Source of the DNA: Candidatus Eiseniibacteriota bacterium
GTDB lineage: Bacteria > Eisenbacteria > RBG-16-71-46 > CAZAMP01
Length of the DNA: 64,000 nt
Direction: 5' to 3'
NCBI GenBank assembly: GCA_965224245.1
Contig: OZ245046.1
Span: 3,136,001 to 3,200,000, forward strand
The notes beneath the pieces were generated by a model. That model was given only the letters and a program-made list of their open reading frames with translations, was not told the DNA's origin and ran no database searches. Position numbers and translations under genes: made by a program. Of this stretch, positions 58,805 to 64,000 are shown one piece after another (the stretch's first letter is position 1; every line of letters begins with the position of its first letter).

Positions 58805-59132
58805 GCATGGAGCTGCTTGGGGACTTTCCGGTGAGTGTGGCGTGGCCGTGTGGGTGTGGGGGTGCGGTGGTGTGGTGGTTGGTGCGGTGGCTTGCTGGTT
58901 GGTTGCTGTGTTCGTTCGTGTTCGTGTTCTTTCTCTTTCTTTTTTTGGGGGCCGGCCCCGATTGATATCGGGTCCTTTTGTGGGCCGGCCCATGGCCGAT
59001 GTTCTTTGGTGATGGCCCTTCGGGCTGGCGGCGTGCCGCCGTTGGCGTTGGGGCCTACCGGCCTGATGTCTTTGTTTCTTGGATGTTGGGGATAGAAGTC
59101 CGACCGGGAAACAGAACGTATTCGAGGGGCTT

Positions 59133-59339
59133 GTGAGACCGGCTACCCTCCCATACCTCCTGACCGCGGATGAAGTAGCGGAATTGCTACGTACGTCGCG
59201 ACGAGCCGTTTACGCCCTCGTCGAGCGGGGCTCGGTCCCTGGGGTCGTTCGGGTCGGCCGGAGGCTTTTGATCCGTCGGGACGAGCTGCTAGCCTGGCTC
59301 GATGGAGGTCGTGCGCCATCGCCGAAGGAGCGGCGATGA
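59133..59339 (+). CDS. Excisionase-like HTH protein (start uncertain)
   Basis: LLTADEVAELLRTSRRAVY...VRVGRRLLI; ATGA overlap with int. Confidence 0.85.
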   Translation: MRPATLPYLLTADEVAELLRTSRRAVYALVERGSVPGVVRVGRRLLIRRDELLAWLDGGRAPSPKERR

Positions 59340-60511
59340 GCGTCAGAATCCGACGATACCGATCGGGGGGCTGGGAGGCCGACATCCGCGTGACCCGTCC
59401 CGACGGGACGGTGATGCGCGAGCGTCGAAAGGCACCGGTCCCCTCGAAATCAGGAGCCAAGCGCTGGGCGGAAGCCCGTGCACAAGAGCTCTTGCGCAAC
59501 GGTACGCAGCCACGAAAGGAGGTTCCCACACTCGCCGAGTTCGCTCCGCGGTTCCTGGATGGCTATGCGCGAGCGAACCGTCAGAAGCCGAGCGGCGTTG
59601 CAGCAAAAGAGTCCGTGCTCCGGGTCCATCTGATCCCAGCACTCGGCGGACGAGAGCTCGATCGGATCCGGACGGAGGACGTCCAGCGCCTCAAGGTCAA
59701 GCTCGGCAAGCGTGCACCGAAGACCGTGAACAACGTGCTCTCGGTGCTCAGCACCTTGCTCAAGGTGGCCAAGGAGTGGGACGTGATCACTCACGTACCG
59801 TGCACGATCAGGCTCGTGAAGGTCCCGCAGAAAGAGGCGGCGTTCCACGACTTTCACGAGTACGAGCAACTCGTCACGGCGGCACGGAGCATCGATCCCC
59901 AGGCGTACATCGTCGTGCTGCTTGGCGGTGATGCGGGCCTGCGGCTCGGGGAGATGCTCGCGCTCGAGTGGACGGACATCGACTTCGGACGCAACCGGAT
60001 CCGCGTGGAGCGGGCGACCTGGAAGCACGCAGAGGAGTCCACGAAGAGTGGGCGGAGCCGCTCAGTCCCGATGACCCAGCGGCTTCTCGATGCGCTGCAG
60101 GCGCATCGGCACCTCCGGAGCGAGAAGGTGCTCTGCCGCGAGGACGGAGCGCCGCTCTCGATGAAGATCATCCAGGTCTACGTCAAGAGCGCGGCTCGAC
60201 GCGCAAACCTGCGTCACAGGGGCGTACACGTCCTCAGGCACACGTTCTGTTCCCACCTGGCCATGCGGGGGGCCCCGGCCCGGGCGATCCAGGAGCTCGC
60301 CGGACACCGGGATCTCACGACGACCCAGCGGTACATGCACCTCAGCCCGGCCGCGCTCGACAGCGCGATCCGGCTGCTCGAGAGTGGAGACATACTGGAG
60401 ACGGAGGAAACGGATTCTTCGGTCAGCCACTCGCAACAAGAGAAGTGGTGGAGGCGGCGGGAATCGAACCCGCGTCCGAGAGTGCGTCCCCGTGAACCCC
60501 TACGTGCGTAG
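59336..60511 (+). CDS. int: Tyrosine integrase; last 66 nt antisense to tmRNA
   Basis: AAGGAG RBS; GLRLGE (R), TKSG (K), HVLRH, LAGH, TQRY. Confidence 0.95.
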   Translation: MSVRIRRYRSGGWEADIRVTRPDGTVMRERRKAPVPSKSGAKRWAEARAQELLRNGTQPRKEVPTLAEFAPRFLDGYARANRQKPSGVAAKESVLRVHLIPALGGRELDRIRTEDVQRLKVKLGKRAPKTVNNVLSVLSTLLKVAKEWDVITHVPCTIRLVKVPQKEAAFHDFHEYEQLVTAARSIDPQAYIVVLLGGDAGLRLGEMLALEWTDIDFGRNRIRVERATWKHAEESTKSGRSRSVPMTQRLLDALQAHRHLRSEKVLCREDGAPLSMKIIQVYVKSAARRANLRHRGVHVLRHTFCSHLAMRGAPARAIQELAGHRDLTTTQRYMHLSPAALDSAIRLLESGDILETEETDSSVSHSQQEKWWRRRESNPRPRVRPREPLRA

Positions 60512-60800
60512 TCTACCGTTTGATCTCGCCTAGGCGGCTCTGGTAGACAGGATCCGCTTCGGCCAGCTCGTCTGAAATCTCGCGCCGGTGCACCGAGCGG
60601 ACACCGACGCCAGCCTATCTATATGGCGTTCATCCCCCGACCGACAGGCCGAGCCGAAGGTGAACGTCGCGGACTAGTTAAGCCGCGAGGGCCATCTCGT
60701 GAGAGTTGGCAGTTGAGTTTTCCCGCCTGTTTAACGAGGCCTGCGGGGACCTCGGCACGCGATTCACGCTTCGTCACCCCCGTCGAAACCAAGCGCCCCC
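60446..60800 (-). ncRNA. ssrA: tmRNA; tag peptide (A)ANSHEMALAA
   Basis: 5' GGGGGCG...TTCGAC; 3' GGTTCGATTCCCGCCGCCTCCACCA; tag frame GCC AAC TCT CAC GAG ATG GCC CTC GCG GCT TAA. Confidence 0.95.
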
Positions 60801-60986
60801 AACGTGTTGTCGGCGGGAGCCGTCATCGACGGCGTCCGCCCGGGGCGAGCCCGGGCGCAGCCATGGTAACGCCAAACGGGTGGAAAGTGTTCCGAAACTC
60901 GCCCGACGGAGTCCCGACCGGATCCCCGGCGCCGACGCGAGGCGCCCGATGATCCGTCTTCCTGCATCCCCCTCGTTCGGAGCCGA

Positions 60987-61586
60987 TCAGGACTCGTCCG
61001 GGGCCACCCAGTGCGCGTCGGCCTTTGCACGGATGCTCTCCGGATCGGCGTCGAACGCCTGCTTCGCGTCTTCCGACGAGAAGAAGAACGTCTTGCCGTC
61101 GGTGACGGTGAAGATACCCGGGTCTCCCTGAACCTCTTGCCCCATGGACAGGGCGGTCGCACACAGCCCCCCGTAGACCACGTCGTAGGCGTGGGCAGCG
61201 GGATCAGCCTCGAACATCTTCCTGGCCTCGGCCGAGGAGAAGAGGTACGTGACGCCGTCCCGGACGACGAAGAGCGTCGGGTCGCTCTCGACTCGCTGGT
61301 TCACGGCCGCGGCGGTCGCGCACCAGCCATCGTACGCCACGTCATACGCGGCAGGATCGGCCTCGAACATCCGGCGGGCGTCCGCATTGGCGAACAGGTA
61401 GTGGTGACCGCGATACTCCAGCAAAAGCTCGGGGTCGCCCTTCACCGCCTGTCCCATGGCCACGTATGCGACCGGGCAGTACCCGTGGAGGGCGGGCTCA
61501 CCCATCTCGACCTCTTCCGCCATCGCGGCGCCGGCGACCGAAGCAACCGCGCCGGCGGTCAACAGAGCACGTACGGTCCGAAGCAT
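60987..61586 (-). CDS. Secreted YHS-domain protein (three repeats)
   Basis: GAGGAGGAG RBS; GYCPVAY...YLFA, GWCATA...YLFSS, GLCATA...FFFSS. Confidence 0.8.
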   Translation of the reverse strand: MLRTVRALLTAGAVASVAGAAMAEEVEMGEPALHGYCPVAYVAMGQAVKGDPELLLEYRGHHYLFANADARRMFEADPAAYDVAYDGWCATAAAVNQRVESDPTLFVVRDGVTYLFSSAEARKMFEADPAAHAYDVVYGGLCATALSMGQEVQGDPGIFTVTDGKTFFFSSEDAKQAFDADPESIRAKADAHWVAPDES

Positions 61587-62116
61587 GTCTCCTCCTCGGT
61601 GGGATCCTCGCCCGGCCGTCAACGCCCCTGCCGCACCGTGCGGACAGGTCGCTCGAAGGGTTGGTGAGCCGATGAGCGTCTTCCTTACACGCGCCTCGCA
61701 TGGTCCTGGTGTACACGGCGGCGGACCGAGCTCGATCGGCCATTCGGGAACCGCGCCGGCGCGCCCACGGGGAACCAGCGGATGCGGTGCTTCACCCACC
61801 ATCGTTCACCTGGGTACGGAAGGGTCACGTGACCGATCGCCGCGACGCGGGTCATCCCCCGGCAGCCCGCCGCGATCTCCGATAGGCTCGGTCGGCACGT
61901 CGAACCGGCCGGTCAAGACGGTCACCGGCACGAGCCCGAGGCCTTCGAGGACCTCGGCGAGAGCACGCTCGTGAAGGGCAAGACGACGGATTCATGATCC
62001 TGATTCACGAGTTCGGGCACCTCGTGCGGTACCTCGAGGACGAGCCCGGTTACGAGTCGAAGCGCATGACCAGCTACGTCGAGCAGATGATCGCGCGCGG
62101 GAGCCTCGGAGACGAG

Positions 62117-62192
62117 TGGTGCGCCATCAGGGACTCGAACCCCGAACCCACTGATTAAGAGTCAGTTGCTCTACCAGTTGAGCTAATGGCGC
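62117..62192 (-). tRNA. tRNA-Lys(CTT)
   Basis: GCGCCAT acceptor stem, anticodon loop CT-CTT-AA, GTTCGA, CCA end. Confidence 0.95.
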
Positions 62193-62336
62193 ACGTGCAG
62201 GACGGCAGGCGGAGGACCATACCGATCCGCCGAGGTCGCGTCAAGCCTCGGCGGCGGTGTACGACTCCCGGCGGGAAGAGACCGCTCGTGATCGTTCGCG
62301 ACGATCGATCACGAGCGATCGATCACGAGCGATCGG

Positions 62337-62762
62337 TCAGAACGGAAGGTCGTCGTCGCCGCCCAGATCGTTGGCCTCGGGGACGGAGCCCGCGGGGACC
62401 GAGTCGCGATCTCCGCCGCCCCCACCGCCTCCGCGTCCGCCGAGCATCAGCATGTTCCGGCCCACGACCTCGGTGGTGTACTTGTCGTTGCCCTGCTGAT
62501 CCTGCCACTTGCGCGTCTGGAGGCGTCCCTCGATGTAGACCTGGCTGCCCTTGCGCAGGTACTGCCCCGCGGTGTCGGCCGTGCGGCCGAAGAGGACGAC
62601 GCGGTGCCACTCGGTGCGCTCTTCCCACGAGTCGCCGACCTTGACCGACTCGGTCGTGGCCAGGCGCAGGTTGGCGACCGACACGCCGGACTGCGTGTGC
62701 CGCACTTCGGGATCGAACCCGAGATTGCCGACCAGGATGACTTTGTTCACTCCGCGTGCCAT
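62337..62762 (-). CDS. ssb: Single-stranded DNA-binding protein
   Basis: [35 protein letters not shown] tail. Confidence 0.97.
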   Translation of the reverse strand: MARGVNKVILVGNLGFDPEVRHTQSGVSVANLRLATTESVKVGDSWEERTEWHRVVLFGRTADTAGQYLRKGSQVYIEGRLQTRKWQDQQGNDKYTTEVVGRNMLMLGGRGGGGGGGDRDSVPAGSVPEANDLGGDDDLPF

Positions 62763-62952
62763 GAGATTGCTCCTCGAGGATCGTCGAACGTCGGGTTCGG
62801 GCCGGCTGAGAGCGGTTGCCGGGTGCGGCGCGTCTCCGCGCCCAGGAGTCTACCGCCCGGGCGGGCCCGGGCAAAGGGTTGACACCCCATCGGCGGCTAT
62901 CTACCGTCTTCCGCCAGCCGTGTGGGCCCGTTCCAGGGGGTTCGCACCTCGT

Positions 62953-63029
<77 letters not shown>

Positions 63030-63046
63030 CTCGCCTTCCGACGTGC

Positions 63047-63123
63047 GCGCCCGTAGCTCAGCTGGATAGAGCAGCGGACTTCTAATCCGCAGGTCCCGCG
63101 TTCGAATCGCGGCGGGCGCGCCA
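63047..63123 (+). tRNA. tRNA-Arg(TCT)
   Basis: GCGCCCG stem, GCGGA-CT-TCT-AA-TCCGC, GTTCGAATC, CCA. Confidence 0.95.
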
Positions 63124-63149
63124 GACACCCCCGAGCCGGCCGCCCCGGC

Positions 63150-63779
63150 TCAGGCCCGGGCCGACAGCCACGCCTCCAGGAGCGGAACCACCGCCCGGAG
63201 CGCCCGCGCCCGGTGGCTCTGGCGGTTCTTCTCGTCGAGCGACATCTCGGCGAACGTGCGCTCCGCGTCGAGGGGACGGAACACCGGGTCGTAGCCGAAG
63301 CCGCCTTCGCCGCGCGCCTCGGACAGGATGACGCCCTCGCTGACGCCGTCCACCGTGCGCGTCGTCCCCGAACGGGGATCCACGAACGCCATCACCGCCC
63401 GGAAGCGTGCCGTGCGCTCGGGCGCGGGCACGTCTGCCATCACGTCGAGGAGCCTGGCCACGTTCTGGGCGTAGGTCGCGTCCGCGCCGGCGAAGCGCGA
63501 CGAGTACACGCCGGGCGCCCCATCCAGCGCGTCCACCTCGAGGCCCGTGTCGTCGGCCAGCGCCGGCTCTCCGGTGAGGCGGGCGATCGTGGCCGCCTTC
63601 AGGATGGCGTTCGCCTCCAGCGTGGAGCCGGTCTCCTCGACCTCGGGAAGCTCTCCCCACTCGTCGACCAACACGAGCGTGATCGGCAGCACCGAGAGTA
63701 CGGCCCGGATCTCGGTGACCTTGTCCCGATTGCGCGTCGCGAGGACGACGCGCCGCACGGCGTCTCCCTCGCTCGTCAC
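63150..63779 (-). CDS. rdgB: RdgB/HAM1 non-canonical purine NTP pyrophosphatase
   Basis: ATRNRDK, ADDTGL, PGVYSSR, GFGYDP, SHR. Confidence 0.95.
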   Translation of the reverse strand: MTSEGDAVRRVVLATRNRDKVTEIRAVLSVLPITLVLVDEWGELPEVEETGSTLEANAILKAATIARLTGEPALADDTGLEVDALDGAPGVYSSRFAGADATYAQNVARLLDVMADVPAPERTARFRAVMAFVDPRSGTTRTVDGVSEGVILSEARGEGGFGYDPVFRPLDAERTFAEMSLDEKNRQSHRARALRAVVPLLEAWLSARA

Positions 63780-64000
63780 GACGCCGCCCTGGCCAGCGTG
63801 GTCCGCTGCTTCTTCACGATCCGGCGGATGCCGCGCGAGCCGAGCGTCAGCAGCTGCCCGAGCTCGCGGCGCGAGAATGCGACCCCCTCGGCCGTGCCCT
63901 GGATCTCGACGAAACGCCCGCTCTCGGTCATGACGAGGTTCATGTCGGTCTCCGCCTTGGAGTCCTCGGCGTAGTCGAGATCCAGCACCGGCACGGTCTC
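63776..64000 (-). CDS. rph: Ribonuclease PH, 3' part (runs off the window)
   Basis: [19 protein letters not shown]...EIQGTAEG; usual rph-rdgB order. Confidence 0.93.
   Translation of the reverse strand, partial: ETVPVLDLDYAEDSKAETDMNLVMTESGRFVEIQGTAEGVAFSRRELGQLLTLGSRGIRRIVKKQRTTLARAAS

Noticed and set aside
58442-59095. ORFs 58442-58993 (-) and 58835-59095 (+), or a DGR/retron explanation for the A depletion
   Set aside because: The translations are low-complexity products of the skew; no reverse transcriptase or template/variable repeat pair is in the window
59133-60511. Intact prophage
   Set aside because: No capsid, terminase, tail or lysis genes between the att sites

Overview
High-GC (about 70% by eye) bacterial chromosomal window. 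Four secreted proteins end in a PNP...FlgD-Ig domain and one ends in SWGxxKxxYR, which suggests an FCB-related candidate lineage such as Eisenbacteria, Krumholzibacteriota or Latescibacterota (inference). Bases 1-30 kb hold secreted beta-helix, beta-propeller and FG-GAP proteins, peptidases, an ECF sigma/Ser-Thr kinase pair, and a wHTH regulon that includes a beta-lactamase-fold protein lacking its catalytic residues. Bases 30-46 kb hold a two-TetR cluster (flavin reductase, acyl-CoA dehydrogenase-fold enzyme, MMPL fused in frame to a LolA-like protein, outer-membrane protein), a Cys-rich heavy-metal RND operon whose TolC gene appears reduced to a 24-codon scar, and a lysC-lysA fusion. Bases 49-60.5 kb are a tandem island at the tmRNA 3' end. 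The intact integrase reads through the att core into antisense tmRNA, so integration swaps its C-terminus. The island carries a truncated PHP-ATPase (Ppl-like) gene, an IS3 without a target duplication, and a strongly G/T-skewed segment with a 126-nt adenine-free tract. An older copy of the integrase is split by IS21 and IS66. The window ends with tmRNA, a YHS protein, tRNA-Lys, ssb, tRNA-Pro, tRNA-Arg, rdgB and a partial rph. All calls come from manual motif reading; no database searches were run.
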